Source: Heterodontus francisci (lineage: Eukaryota). From it: DNA of 64,000 nt. Position numbers and translations under genes: made by a program. Below are positions 63,010 to 64,000 of the stretch, piece by piece. Positions within the stretch are counted from its first letter, which is position 1, and each line of letters begins with the position of its first letter. The notes under the pieces were generated by a model. The model ran no database searches and was not told the DNA's origin. It saw only the letters and a program-made list of their open reading frames with translations. The stretch spans positions 119,521,593 to 119,585,592 of the forward strand of contig NC_090378.1 of NCBI RefSeq assembly GCF_036365525.1. The letters run 5' to 3'.

Positions 63010-64000
63010 GCGACCGCAGGCTTTCTGACGGGACTGAAAATGCACCAAGTATTTCATTGTGCTGAACCAACAGCCTTTGTCTGTACTCTGCCCCATCAAA
63101 GTCCTCATCTGAGTCCTCTGCAACAGAACTCTTATGTGACCTTGCCCGACAGCGCATTGGTACTTGTGCTATCCTTTCCCTTGTGGCTGGTGTCTCACCA
63201 CATGCAGATCTCACCTCTGATCAATATCTGAGTTAGTGGCTGTGAATGTGATATTGAGTGACAATATTTCATTGTCATCAGTTTCCTGCTGCTCTTGGAC
63301 TTGACACGCCCATAACATTGTCTGGCCAGGTGACCGTTCTTGGGTAGCTGAAAGGAGAAAGGCACAAGGGTAGGAGATTGAGAAGGAAAGCAAGTGGTGC
63401 ATATTGACACTATCTGTGACTTGTAAATCAGAAGAGATTGTGGGATGAGGGGGAAGTGGGATGTCAGAAGGTGGATTAAGTGGGAACATCTGCTATTATT
63501 TCAGCCCCATCTCTGGCCATGATATTAGTTACGGCTACTCCAATAATTGCAAGCACTGTCTCCTCCATCAAGGTGGGGACAAACAGCCGAGCCTACACCC
63601 GCCGGTTAGCTGCTGCAGTCTAGTTATACCACCACCTTGTCATGCAAGAGAGAGGGAAGTGTTTCAGTGAGTGTGGTGCAATGTACCTGTCATTGATGAA
63701 TACCTGGCAGTGTGTGCAAGCTGTCAGGTGTGAATGTGAGGCTTGAAACTGTGTGTGAGGGTGAGGTGAAGTTTATGAAAGTAGGAGTCCTTGATCGAGA
63801 ATTTTGTTACGTGAGTGAAGGGTGGTGGTGAATGGAGGAGTGTGTGAGGCTTGTTTTGAACGCTGGACTTTGTAGCATGACTGTTTTAAAAACTGGTTTT
63901 AATGTTGTTTAAAATGGAATTCGAGAAATCAGGTGACCTTACATCAACTCCACTTAAAGACAAGGGTCTTGGTTACCAGGACAACAAAGAACCCAGATCA

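Overview
Repeat-dense vertebrate DNA, very probably from a shark or other elasmobranch (shark-type Ig kappa V gene, HE1-like V-SINE, CR1/L2/Penelope/Harbinger/Gmr1 repertoire). The only confidently recognisable host gene is an unrearranged kappa-type Ig light-chain V segment on the minus strand (leader 6744-6792, V exon 6256-6557) with a consensus 12-spacer RSS (6228-6255). Five bases past the nonamer, a 61-bp minisatellite of about 100 units runs to the window edge; each unit has two heptamer-like CACAGT motifs. I found no J, C or second V in the window. Upstream are a candidate B-cell enhancer, four more minisatellites, a Tx1-type retrotransposon inserted in a 36-bp array, and a compact LINE whose 5' end is a tRNA-derived SINE head with no ORF1. 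A phase-consistent 4-exon orphan ORF lies at 28.2-33.1 kb, followed by a deeply nested TE field. All calls were made by eye, and TE boundaries are approximate.
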